A stretch of 64,000 nt of DNA from Tubulanus polymorphus (Eukaryota > Animalia > Nemertea): positions 29,678,299 to 29,742,298 of the forward strand of contig NC_134025.1 of assembly GCF_964204645.1 (NCBI RefSeq), given 5' to 3'. This document shows positions 36,685 to 49,696 of this stretch, one piece after another. Position 1 is the first letter of the stretch. Each line of letters opens with the position of its first letter. Made by a program: the position numbers and the translations under genes. Under the pieces are notes generated by a model. It was not told the DNA's origin. It saw only the letters and a list, made by a program, of their open reading frames with translations, and did no database searches.

Positions 36685-39600
36685 TCATGAACTCATTTCT
36701 TCCGTTTCTTGTCGTTTAAGCGTTTCCAAAGCTTTCCTTCGCAGAGCTGCAGCGTCTTCGTCTAAACTTTCATCTCCGGACGCAGCCTGAAACGTACCAG
36801 AAATAAATAATATACAAACCGAAGAAATCAACTTAAAGATAAACCTGCAGAGGAAAACGAACTACTGATACTCTCTCTCTCTAATACTGTAGAAGAATAG
36901 AAAAGAATTTTTAACTCTTACTCCTGTTTCACCATCCTCAGCAGTTTTCGCATCTTTCTTATGTTTGTGTTTCTTATGCTTCTTGTGTTTCTTATGTTTT
37001 TTCTCTTTCTTTTTCTTCTTCTTCTTTCCGTCGCCCGATGCCTAAAAATCACACTCAGTTAGCTAAACTCTCAGCGAGTCCTTTTCCCATGCATCCCATA
37101 TAATAAACACTAAATTCCCCGAGTAGAATGGAGATTGTGAGAAATTTCTTGGCTTCAAATGTTTCAACATTTTCATTTTTTTGTGTGAGTAACATATTGA
37201 TTTAGAAACGCTTGGGCATTATCGGAATTGCCTGAATTTCCCTTGATTTGATTCCCCGAGTGTTCCAGGTTAGTGGCCATCGTTGTAAAGAAGGATATAT
37301 GAACTGACTGACCTGTGAACCTGCGCTCGGTGACTCACTTCCCTCTTTACTAGTCTTCGATTTCTTTTTAACCGGTAAATCTTTCAGCGGACTCGGAGAA
37401 CGCGATGGTTTACGTTTACCAGGCGAGCCGATGTCTCGTCGACGAGCCGCGTCGACATCCATCGTCTCTTTACGACTGTTCCTACCACGAGGCGGTGACA
37501 CCGATCTCGATGGCGACCGTTGTTTCTGCTGATGCTCTGTAGGTGGCGATACCGAGCGTTGTTTAGACCTCGGTTGCGGTGAAGCGGAGGCTTGTTGACG
37601 TCTGGGTTTCGGGGCGGGAGGTGAATTCGAGCCGCGTTGTCTACGTGAAGCTCTGGGAGGAGGGGGCGGCGGAGAACCGGACGAGGAACGAGCACGTTCA
37701 GGAGATAGGCTAGGTCTACGTTGTTGATCTGGTTTACGTCGAGGGGGTGGTGGAGGGGATACCTCGGGTTTACGAGGTGGGCTGCCTCTACGCTGCGTAG
37801 GTGACGCCGCTCGCTGTGTTTTACGTCTAACCGGAGAACCCGATTGCGATCGACCCCTGGCAGGTGAGTGTTTAGAGCGACGAGGTGGTGATGTTTTACC
37901 TCCGCGCTGCTGCTGTTTAGGGGTTGTTTTACGCGGACCGCGAGAGGGAGGAGGTGGGGGTGGACTCTGAGAACCTGAGGGCTGTCGTCTTTTAGCGGGT
38001 TTTTCTGGACTACTCGACGCAGACCTGTAACACAAAAAAATATTCATATAACATTTACTCGATATCCAGACACCAGGAACAGGTTAATCGTTCCTGTGAG
38101 ACTCGAGGTATCAGCAGTCTACTGCAGACGACACTCACTTGGGTGATGATTTTCTCGCAGTTGTTTTATTGCGTCTCGGTTGTTGAGGTGAAGGTGATCG
38201 ACTGCTCGCCGCTGATGACTCCGCCGATGAATCTCGTTGTTTACGACGCGCTGCAGGTGGCGCTGCCGCCGGCGAGACGGATCGTTGTTTAACCGGTCGA
38301 CGCTCGGCAGATCCGGACTGACGTTTTTTCGCCGGTGGTTCCGGCGAGGCTGATGAGGATGATTCTCCTCGTGGCGCAGCGCGACGAGGAACCGCCGGAG
38401 GAGGAGATGTAGAATGCGCGACCCGTTTTTTCGTGTCTGATGTCTCCGGACTCTCGCTCGTTCTACGTTTCATCGGTTTTTTCGGCGACGGAGAAGCGCT
38501 GCTGCGCCTAGCGACAGGTTCCGGCGATGACTCTGATTGTTTCCTGCGTCTCTCAGCTGATTCTCGACTCGGAATTCTCCGGCCGCGGGGAGGAGCCTGA
38601 GGTGATGATTGACGACGTCTCGGGTCAGGCGGAGGCGAGTCTCGACGTCTCGCGCCCGGAGAGTTTCTACGGTCCGGGGACGACGACGGAGAACGACGTC
38701 TACGTCGATCCGGAGAGATAGACCTACGCGGCGGAGGAGACCTGCGTCTCGGAGGAGAACGACGTCTCATCGGAGGACCTCTCGGAGGGCTGCGTCTATA
38801 ACGCGGTGACGGGAATCTGTAATCGTACCTTTTCAATTTAAAAGTTTATCCAAAATTAGAAACGACGACAGAACAACGAAAATTCAGATTTCTTACAGAT
38901 CACGGAATCCATCATCGCCTGATTTTGACCCCAATACTAGAACAATTCCCTGATGCCGCGACAAGTTTAAAGGAGCAACCACAGTTAAATTACAAGATAT
39001 TCTCAGTGGGGCTGTTTCCCCGCGCCATGCATCACCAGCATGAACAACAAGAAAACAAAATTTCTAAATCCCAGGTTTTTAAGGAAAGAGTCAGAAATCG
39101 CCCAGATATTCCCTGATCCGTAAGAATCCTGGATATAGAGTAGTTATTTGTAACATGTTTTCTTACCGTCTCAATCGATTATCGAATCTACCCCTGGGAG
39201 GTGAGTATCGTCTACGAGGTGGCGAAAAACGACGTCTCGGAGACGAGTATCTTCTACGTCTCGGTGATCGAGACCTTGAACGTCTGTCTCCTACAAACAC
39301 ATTATATTCAACCTGATATCAGTGTTTCCGGTTATAAAGCCTGTTTTCATCTTATTTTCCCAAGACTTAACCTATTGGATTGTTCATTAAACCTCGTCAA
39401 ATTTCCAAAAATTCCCGAACTGCGAAATGTTATTTTGAAATTCACAATTTCCTGATGAATGGGTGAATCATTGCTTGCTGGGTGTCGAATAATATTAACC
39501 TTTTCTCGGAGATTCATCTTCAGAAGATGATGAACTATCTGAACTATCAGATTTAGTGGCATCGTTGTGAGTTCTGTAGTGACGTCGTTTCTGCACTGAG

Positions 39601-42600
39601 ACCGGTTTATCAGGGGAAGAATCATTTCCATCGTCCGATTTCTATAAATACAATTCATTAAATGATTATTTCATTCTGTCCAGAGTTTTACTGTGTAATG
39701 CTTCTAAATGAAAGTCATTGACCTCTGAACCTACCGACTGAGACGTCGGCCACTTGCCCACCGAGTTTTATTTAGAACACAAAATTCCCTGAATGAATCC
39801 GCTGAGAATAGAGTAATCTCTCGGTATAATATGTTAAAACGTATTCATTTTCCATGAATTATGTATCGACTAAGAAACAGAAACACACCTGGGACCAGTT
39901 GCTCAAAGTTGTAACTGGTGGATAAATACCATAGCAACATTGAAGTTTTAATTGTCACTACGTCAACTATCCACTGGTTAAGTTTAACCAACTATTGAGC
40001 AACAGACCCCAGGCATTTCTTTATCAATTCATGAATTATGAATAAATTTTAACTAACATATTAAACTATGAAATTTCTCTATTCACCTGTGGATTCATTC
40101 CTGAGTGGTTTCTCTGATCCATCAGAACAGGGAACGCCCACCTACAAATTGTGAAGTCATTTCTAAAATACGAACCTTTCCATCGTTATTTTTATTTGAA
40201 GGTGACCTTGAACGCGAGGAACTCGAAGATGAAGCTCGTTTACGCGATTTCTTCTCCATCGATCGTTTGCCGCGGCGATGTCGCGGAGACACGCTGCTGC
40301 GACGTCTCGGCGATCTACGACGAGGACTCGACGGTGATCTACGACGCGCGGGCGATCTACGACGTCGAGCCGGTGATCGCCTCCGCGGAGACCGCGATCG
40401 CGACTTCCTGCGACGACGATCACGAGAACGCGATCGAGAACGTTTCTTCTTACGATCGCGTGATCTCGACCGGGATTTCGATCTGCTGCGACTCCGCGCT
40501 TTCTCTTCTTTCTTCTCACTCTCTCCAGTGTTCTCACCTTCTTTGCTCTTCTCTGCATCTTCAGGTTTCCCCCTAAAATTTCAGTAAATTCATAGCTATT
40601 ATTAAAGAAAATGTTAAATGTTGACTAAGTTATGGCGCAAAATATCTTGAAAAAATTTCAGCACTATCAGGATTTTACTAAAATTAAGCGCTAATCAGTA
40701 CTTATCGTATCCCTAATACTTTTAGCACTTTTCAGACTCAAGGACATTACCAAAATTTAAATAAAGAGTTTCAAGCATATCTGTATAAGATTCAGGGTCC
40801 TTCACTTGAAAGGAATCAAGCGAGTAAGACATATGAACTCCTTTAAAACTATTTTCAATACGTACTCAGTTTCCTCTTTATCTTTCCCATTCTCATCTCC
40901 TTCGCCATTTTTCTCCTTTTCGCCGTTCTCCTTTTCGGGACTCTTCGATTTCGAATTTTTCGGTGATTTCGATGAATCATTCTCCTTCCTACGCGGTGAT
41001 CGACTCCTACTTCTACTGCTGCGTTTCCTTATATCATACATAAAATCTAATTTATGGCAAAATACCAATAAATTTCATAATAAGGTACAACATCAGAGGC
41101 CAGTTTTAACGTCCATGGTTCTCTTACAGATTAAGTAATCTAAAATTCCCTGATATTTCCCTTCAGACCCTCGACCAAAATATCCCAGCTCAAATCATTT
41201 CAGATATCCATAGTGGGGATTGGTTCTTAAAGAGGTTCCTTGTGCCACTTGTCACCAGCAAGAAGAACCAGACACCCAGGATTCAAAATGCAGTCAGAAT
41301 ACACTAAATTCCTGGTTTCCACGATCTGTAAGAATGGATTAGTTTCCACAACTCATTTAACTCTCACTGGCCCTGATGTAATTCACATGACTTTTTTCGT
41401 TACCTGCTACGAGGTGACCGCTCCTTCTTATCTTCATCCTCTCTTTCCTTCTCTTTTGCCTTTACCTCTTCTTCGATTCTCTTGATGTTTGTTTGCATTC
41501 GCTCCATTTCAGCCTTTAACACAAGAGCAATAGTGGATACTTTGAATTTACTCGAAGGTTTTTTTTCAAATGAAATTTTAGCGACGTGTATCTTAATTCG
41601 ATAGTTACCTGTCTTTGTTTAATTTCCTCTTTCTTTAACTCGACGAATGCAGCTGGAATACCGCTGATATTTTCCTGCGCGCTGCACAGAAGATCCCACA
41701 GTTCTTGAACGAGGATTCGAGCGTTCTTCGCGTTTAGGAAACCGGTCAGGTTGATCTGTAACTGCTTCGAGTCGGGATACTGAAGAGAGAAAACAAATAC
41801 AAACGATTCCCGATTATTAACCGAGCCACAAATCGATACAGTTCTTGTATAGATTCACTTAAGGAATTCGACTAATTCCCCTCGAATGAATCGTAATTAA
41901 AATAGTCACAAAAACATAGCGAAGACACACTTTTTTCTGATGATGTGATTTGCTTACCAAACGAGAGCCACAGTTCCAAACCCTGTATTATACAGCAGTA
42001 AATAAAATATCAGCATTAAACCGAACAGAATCATTTAAAACTCAATCAGAATTATTTCTCGTGGTATGTGAAATCTTTCTCGTAAAGTATGAAATGCTTT
42101 TAGCATTAGCAGCAATGTAAATTTTGCATAATTTTTTCTTCTTAAAGAGAACTAATATCTTATAAATAAAATCTAAAATACGTTTATCATATCATATAAG
42201 TTTGTAACTTATACAACACCGAAATATACATGATGCAGACTACAAAAACAGTAATAGTTCTAATACAAACCATTATTTGTTATTCCTGTGACCAATGGGG
42301 CCGGTGAATTCGGCCGGCCTCTCCGTACGGAACATCCAGATATAGTCATTGTGCTAATACTAAGGAAATGCATTCATTCATGAATCTCGATCGGTCCTTG
42401 AGTGGACTGTACTGACTGTGAGAGGTGTTCAGTTCAATGGGTCGCATACGTTTGTTATTTTACCTCTAATTGTGAAGGAAAACGTAGTATATATAAGTAT
42501 ACAGTATTATCAAACTAAATATGTACGGTAAGTTGTAGAGATGGCGACACACGATGATGATCAGTTTATCTTTAAAACGGCGAAAGCTCCGAGTACAGGC

Positions 42601-44876
42601 CTCATAGTATCACGAACCCCACATATAAAACGGAAGTAAGCCATACATGAGGGCTGGTCTCGGCTCCTTCACCGAACGATACACCATTTCAATCGAGGCG
42701 GCCATCTTGGATCGCGTTAGACTCAGGTAGAATTTTAGTCGCCGTGCTCAAACCATTTGACCAGAGTCTCTGACATCGATTCATCAAAATCAAAGATAGC
42801 CGCTTTCAAACTATGAAATAGGTATATTCAAATATTCTCTTTAAAAGGGGATCATATTTCTGGGTTGTTTTCTTTTGAAAGCCTAATGAAGCTATAGCCC
42901 CTCGCAGCACGTTTCAATCAATATTCAATAACCACTTACCCGTAACAGAATAACACGTTCTCAATCGAGATATATAACATTTTCAATCATCATCATGAAT
43001 TACAACAAAACAAATGGGCTACAAACTCATTAAAGAAGCTATGATTTATGGAGTTTGATAGCAGAATAGACTGTACTCTTCAACGTGGTCAATAGATCAT
43101 GTAATTAAAACCTGCTATTTGCAAATTTCAAGATTGAAAGTTACGTTCACGATAGACCAAAAATTACATACAATTTGAGCGTAAGAAAGGTTTTTCTTTT
43201 TTAAATCGAAATTCTCAGTAAAATTAGTGTTTATCTTAGATTTGTACATAGCAGGTTTTAACGTTATGTAAAACTCTGGTGGCTGTATTTGTCCACACTA
43301 CTACAAAATAAAATAGCATTCAATTTCGCTGTGAACAAGTTTAGAATAAAAGCTTCGAGTAAAAGAATTTATTACCTGATCGGTTTCTAATTGATTATTG
43401 ATATATTCAATAACGACGTCATCCTCTAATCCGAGCATTTCCGTCACTTTCTTTGTGATCCACGGCTTCAAAACTTCCAAATTTACTTTTGTCATATCGA
43501 CCTACAAACAATTAGCATTATTTAATTTTCACAACCAACGGGAGGAATTTTTAAGCCTATTTCTAGCTTGTTTCAGAATATGGCTTGATTTGGGTTATGA
43601 AGTTAGGGAGCGTTCAAAAATTACGTACCTCCATTGGGGGGTTACTGAATTTTGGTACAAAGTGGTACATGGGGGAGGGGGGTCAGCAAAAAAGGTACGT
43701 ACTTTGAGGGAGGGGGATATTAATCAATCTTGGTACGTACTTTATGTACCAAACTCAAATGAAAATGGGCGTTGGTATTTTATCGGCTTTTAGTACCGGG
43801 TATATAAAATCAATAAACAACAATACTTGCTTAATTCTTTGCATCAATATAATTGGGGGGGGGGGGCGGTGGTCATGGGTTCGATGGTACGTACCTAAGA
43901 GGGGGGTCAGTGAATTTGGTACAAAGGTGGTACAAGGGGGGTCAGAAAAACCGGAGGCTTTGAGGTACGTAATTTGTGAACGCTCCCTTACTAGAGCCAG
44001 AGGCGGAGTACACCTCGTTGCAGAACTCATCGCATCCAAAATCTATTCACTTACAGTTCTATCGTTTTTACAGTACTCTAGTAGAGAAACATAACAACTT
44101 ATCTAGTCATACTTGAAATCTTTCAGACCTACATCTCATATTCATAATGCAGTCATATCAGGGATGTCCTTAAAAATGAACCATAACCCTTTAGAAGAGC
44201 AATATAGATGAGAGGTGACTTAAACCGTGAAGGCATAAATCATAAGATCATAATCAATGCGTTGTGAAAGATTAAAGAATGACAACTGCAGGTTCTTACC
44301 TACATTTGTAACTGGTCTAAACTAATGACTGAGAGTTAATTCTGAACTGAGGAGGACATTTTATTTTGGACTGCAGCACTAAAATCCAAATATTCTCTTT
44401 ATTATATGCTAACAATTGATTCCTCTGTCTCTTATAGCTAGCTACACCCACCCTAGGCCTATTGCCTATTCCATTCCATCCTATTATTCCTTTTACTTTG
44501 TTACCTACCTTACGGTCAACACCTTCTCCAAACTTCATTGACTTCAGTAACTTCTTCCGTTTATCGGCGAATCGGTTGTCTTGATCGGCACTAGTGCCCT
44601 AGAAATTAATCAATCAAAAATGAAACCGATTTGATTAACACTTTAATCTCCCCACGACGCTCAATTTACGGCGGCCATTTTGTTTTCTTTTTTCAAAAAT
44701 TCTCGCTTTAAACCCGTAAATTCCTGAGAATGTAGACATGACTGATACATATTAAATACACCTTAGTATTCTTCACTTCAAGCACCAGTAGGAAAATATA
44801 TGAGAATCTTATTTGAGGAGCGATTTAAATAGCAATAAGGCATAAAACTCACTTTGAAAAACCCTGCGTCGGTCAT
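36685..44876 (-). CDS. SRRM1: Serine/arginine repetitive matrix protein 1 (SRm160): PWI domain plus RS/P-rich region, 13 coding exons
   Basis: Exons 44853-44876, 44509-44598, 43376-43501, 41609-41779, 41404-41513, 40866-41027, 40176-40572, 39499-39641, 39167-39290, 38139-38828, 37313-38024, 36922-37041, 36685-36786 (TGA). N-terminus MTDAGFFKGTSADQDNRF, PWI domain VDMTKVNLEVLKPWITKKVTEMLGLEDDVV...LQINLTGFL, RS repeats, a KKHKKH tract and a LRRKALETLK tail. AATAAA on the - strand at 36066-36071. Confidence 0.95.
43606..43987. mobile_element. PIF/Harbinger-type MITE in SRRM1 intron 2
   Basis: TIRs of about 26 bp, GGGAGCGTTCAAAAATTACGTACCTC and GAGGTACGTAATTTGTGAACGCTCCC, flanked by TTA on both sides. 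Internal direct repeat tgaatt(t)tggtacaaa. Confidence 0.85.
44670..44682 (-). promoter_or_regulatory. YY1-type motif in SRRM1 intron 1
   Basis: CAAAATGGCCGCC on the - strand, about 200 bp downstream of the start codon. Confidence 0.45.
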
Positions 44877-45410
44877 GATGAGAGTTTAACATACGACAGA
44901 TGGCGCCACACAAAAGAGATAGACTGGTTGCCTGTCCAATATTCCCAGGTAGAAACCGGTAACCAGTCTAACTAGGGTTCGAATCCTGCATATTCCTCTT
45001 TAATCCTGGACGATTCATTTACTAACAGGGCATGTGATTGCACAAGGTCAGGAGAATAAGAATCGATTTTGATTTTCATAAAATGGCTTAAAGTTAATGA
45101 AGGGGTATCCTCGCTTGCCAGGGATCCGGTATCACTCCCGAACTCGCTTCCCACTAGACTGGTTACCGGTCTCTATTTCAATTAGACAGGCAACCAGTCT
45201 ATACCGTAGCAATCTCGATGCCATCAGGTTCATCCCTCCCTGGGGGAGGATGGGCAAAAATCCTCTACCTTTCAACTTCAAGTGAAGAGCTCGTGGTGAT
45301 TTCAGCGTCTAAATCCAACAAACGATACATCAATGAAGCACAACATCTTATATTTTGTTCATAACCAGATTCGTCAAATGAACGTATTCTGAGCTTAGGA
45401 GAGCAAAATT

Positions 45411-45921
45411 TGCAGGTCAGGGGCGACTGGCAGGGTCGGGCTATGGGTGATTTACTGGTAGGGTCGGGCTATGGGGTGATTAACTGGAAGGTCGGGATCA
45501 TGGGTGATTTACTGCTGAATAGAGGATGTACACTAGGGGTGTCCCGGGTTTGAAACCTAGTCATTACTGACACTGATTCAGAGTGATCCTGATGCTGAAT
45601 AGAGGATGTACAGGGTTGTCCCAGGTTTTTTGCAGGTCAGGGGCTACTGGCAGGGTCGGGCTATGGGTAATTTACTGGTAGGTTCGGGCTATGGGGTGAT
45701 TAACTGGAAGGTCGGGATCATGGTTGATTTACTGCTGAATAGAGGATGTACAGGGGTGTCCCGGGTTTGAAACCTAGTAATTACTGATACTGATTCAGAG
45801 TGGTCCAGATGCTGAATAGAGGATGTACAGGGTTGTCCCGGGTTCGAACCCAGGATTTACTGATACTGATTCAGAGTGGTCCAGATGCTGAATAGAGGAT
45901 GTACAGGGGTGTCCCGGGTTT
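45411..45921. repeat. Hierarchical G-rich tandem repeat: ~220-bp unit made of ~27-bp and ~78-bp subunits
   Basis: tgcaggtcagggg restarts at 45411 and 45631. The string gctgaatagaggatgtaca occurs five times. Confidence 0.9.
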
Positions 45922-46429
45922 AGTGCAATGGTGTTAGATGTCTAAAATCATAGTCTTAAACATTCCCCACTTTCATCTCTGAGTCAGGGGTCCGCCTATA
46001 AAAAATTTCATGCATTCTCAGTCCGCAGATCGAGACACGACCCGAGAGAGTCGCGCTGCCAGCGCCAGAATCCCACCTTGTAGTACCGGACCATGTGTAA
46101 CACCAGGGCTAGGTGGGGAGTTTTACAGAACCTAGTGGATGACAGCAATAAAATCACGACCACCGTTGATACAATGCCGGACTGCCACAATTTGTCACAA
46201 TTAATTTTGATGGAGGATGGATGATGGGCCAATATCCCTATATAAACAAGAATCTTTTTTTATATAGGGATACTGGTATCATCCACTCCTCCATCAAATT
46301 GTGACAAGCCCGTCTGAACCCGAGCCCGACCCCGACCCGCGTTGATATTATTGTTTGCGAATTTATCTGGTCAAATCAGATTTGATTTGCCTAATTATAA
46401 TTTGCTAGTCACGTGTAATCTAATCAAAT

Positions 46430-46930
46430 AAGATTTGCACAACAGGATGAATTTGACGTCTTGTTCCAAACAGCTGACAAGAAAATACTGTCCCACTTTT
46501 CAAAATATTATTTCCCATGAATGGGTATCAGGTTTCTCTTTCAGTTTTGACATTTTGACAATTTGTGAGTCCACCATCTTCAAATCGTATCAAATCGCCT
46601 CCGGTGGTGATTTGAGGATTTGACAAATCGATTTGAATTTGATGCCGTGTTAAATTAAAAAATTAGACCAAATCAAATTTGATTATGACAAGATAAAAAC
46701 GATTTTACTTCAAATCAAATTTGATTTGACGTGATAAATTCGCCTAAGATTTGCACAACAGGATGAATTTGACGACTTGTTCAAAACGGCTGACAAGAAA
46801 ATACTACCCCGGTTACTGAAATATTATTTCCTATGAATGAGTTTTAGTTTTTCTTTAAGTTGTGACCAGTTATTATCAGTTTTTCGAAAATATTTGTGTA
46901 CTTAAAATCAAATTTAATTTGACGTGATAG
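46430..46930. repeat. Direct duplication of about 110 bp with tcaaat/atttga palindromic motifs
   Basis: aagatttgcacaacaggatgaatttgacg...gctgacaagaaaatact at about 46430 and again at about 46746. Confidence 0.8.
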
Positions 46931-47006
46931 ATTTGCCTTATGGTAAATATCTTTAAGGAAACATATATTGAGGTGGCGCTAGCGTGAACGGATCGAAAAA
47001 ATCTTA

Positions 47007-47087
47007 AACTAGCAAGTGGCATTTGACAACTAGCAATTGGCAACAAGCCCAACTAGCAAATGGCAACTAGCAACTGGCAACTGGCAT
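47007..47087. repeat. Degenerate short tandem repeat (aactagcaa-tggc)
   Basis: Read directly from the sequence. Confidence 0.7.
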
Positions 47088-48273
47088 GCCGTCTTCCATA
47101 GTAGAATTGTCCATTGCACCTACTTGTCAGTCATGCTCCGTGTCACATGGGAGCGAATGCGTTCACGGCTTTAAACTGATTAAGATCTTTATTTGCCGAA
47201 AAAATGTCTAGCGTGTGAGAATTACAAGTGGAAGGAAAAGGCTACTTCATGTATTTCTAGTCAATGGAGCAAAGCCATTAGGTTAGTATTGACAAGAAAC
47301 TCCAACCAGGAGCGCTTCCCTGTTAGCATCCAAACATTATGTACACTGGTTTACCGGTCTCTATCTTATTGAATGGGACAGGCAACCAGTCTAGATTCCC
47401 ACCAGTTGGGGGAACAGCTTTTGCGTAATGGTTTCGAATCCCTTGACCTGGTGAAGATGATGAAGGGGTGGTTTCGAATCCTTCATTTTACAATCGTCCG
47501 AATGCAGTTAACCCTATAATACGATGACTAAAATCGTTTTTAATTTTTATAAAAGGTTTTTAATGGCTCAAAATCCATAGAAATCGCTGTAAAATGTTCA
47601 CATGTCTTTTTTTGATGTTATGTTGAACAGGCACCAGAGATTTCATTTATAAAAGTGAAAGTTTTATACGATTAAAACAACAGTTTTACACAGAAAAACA
47701 AAACCGAATACACTGAATTTTTTTCTCTATATCGTGTATGCCATGTCATATTGTTTTAAATTTATGATATTGTATACGACACTACCCAGTCAAAAATCCT
47801 AAAAAAATACTGAAATTTCGAATTAGCAAGTGATACCCTGTCTAAAAATGCTCAAGCGCAGCAATTTCTTGAAAACTAAAATAAAATATAGCAGTATCAC
47901 AGCTGCATAACACAAATTTTATATTTGTTCATTTTTTGCCATTCGAGCGTTCGTGCGCTGATCTGGTTTTTCAGACTAAAAGTGCGAACTTATCTTAAAG
48001 ATTCTAACGCCATTTTTATATCAATCATTGAAGTAACAATTCTAAAAGCGAATTTATACAGCATTTTACAGAAATATGAATAGAGAGATGATAGAGAGAA
48101 GAAGAAAGCTGCCAACTCACAAGTGACACACGCATTCACAATGACTCTACTACGCGTTACTACTATTATATCTCTAACTGTTTTACTGGATCACCAGACA
48201 TCACAGAAAATATCAATATAAATATCCATTATTATTATATACATGTCGACAACTGAATGACAGCGCACGTTAT

Positions 48274-48560
48274 CAGGGACAGATCCAGAATTTAGGGAGA
48301 GGGTGGCACTCCTTATATTTATTACCTCTCTTACCCGGCATGATTAATCAGAGAGTTCGCTGGTCCTTCCCTTAAATTGTTTAATTTCAACAACCTCAGA
48401 TGCAATTCACAGCCTCTCGGGCTGTAACAATCTAATAAGCTGGCAACATGAGACAATAACCAGATAAGAATGTAAAATCTCTCGAGTGAGAAGAGCTGAT
48501 AGCAACTTCTGAAATGTTACATGAAGGGTTTTTAGGAGCACCACCCCTGGATCTGAGCCC
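48274..48560. mobile_element. hAT-like MITE
   Basis: Imperfect inverted termini cagggacagatccag and ctggatctgagccc. Confidence 0.5.
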
Positions 48561-49696
48561 GCGCATGATTTATCAAAAACTCATGATTTATTTTCTCTCA
48601 AATATCTGACAGAATCAACATCATCATAATTGGATCTAATTCCTGATTGCAAAATCTGATAGAGCACATAATCATTCAAACAATCCTATATCATACCATC
48701 GTCCTATTATTGATCGAGACTATAATTCAGTTGCGCTCATTTTACAGCCTCAATATTTCTATATCATGTTTATACAACAGCCAATAAGCGAACAGCTAAC
48801 ACTGCCTCGAAAATGACACAAAATAACCCGAAACAACAGCCTTTAACTGATATTAGATCAACTCACAAGTTACCATAGTCAAATACAGTCAAAATGAAGT
48901 CATCCTAGTTGTGATGATTTTGAAGGGCGTCCAGTTCCATGAAAAAGATAAACTCAAATTTTTGATTTAATTCCTATAGGCAACTTCATGTTTACAATGA
49001 GTACAACTATTCGAACTTCATAAATTTAAGGTTAAACATTTTCATGAAACTGAACCCTGGGTTTCATGAATTCGACTGTATTTTTCTCATATCAGATGGA
49101 CCGTATTTGTACAATCACTCGATGCACTCGTAAAACAGTTGCAGCATTGTTAGCCTTTCGAATATTGCGAGACCTTCGCGATTTACTACGGAAGGATACG
49201 AAAAACGAAAACATCATCATCTTACGGCGTCATCGTAAATATTACAATTATATTCGGTTTTAGTTTTGCACTGGTGATTATTGCATCTTTCAATTCATTG
49301 AAAAAATAAACACATGAATACTCCTTAAGCAAAATACACTTGTAGTACGTATATATATAGATATAATATAAGCATAAAAAACATATACAATTTAGAATTA
49401 TTCACATTATACGATATACATACCATACATAGTCAGTTTTGCTGATTTTATTACATAGGAAAATAAATGATTTGCGACTGAAATATTTCAGATAAACACA
49501 TTTTTACAATGAAACGTGTATCTATTTCAATGTTTTACATAATTGATATCGCGCAAGTAAATATGACAAGCCAGAATTAATGATCATTTTCTTATTTTCT
49601 TAAATAGCTGCCATTTTCAATATCTATGTAAATAATGAAGGAAGGACTGCGTGAGACATTGATCTTATCATCTGAAAAAGAGCTATTAGTAGCGTT

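Larger units (their letters stand above)
44920..47393. mobile_element. Repeat-dense patch bounded by inverted ~50-bp TAGACTGGTT...AACCAGTCTA units, possibly Academ-like non-autonomous element(s)
   Basis: Unit at 44920-44970 and inverted copies at 45155-45201 and 47342-47393, with TAG...CTA termini. No convincing TSD. Confidence 0.45.

Noticed and set aside
37384-41138. Antisense and alternative-frame ORFs over the RS-rich exons
   Set aside because: They are shadows of low-complexity SRRM1 coding sequence.
45411-45921. CRISPR array or tandem hammerhead ribozymes (retrozyme-like)
   Set aside because: There are no unique spacers or cas genes, the context is eukaryotic, and neither strand has a CTGANGA...GAAA core.
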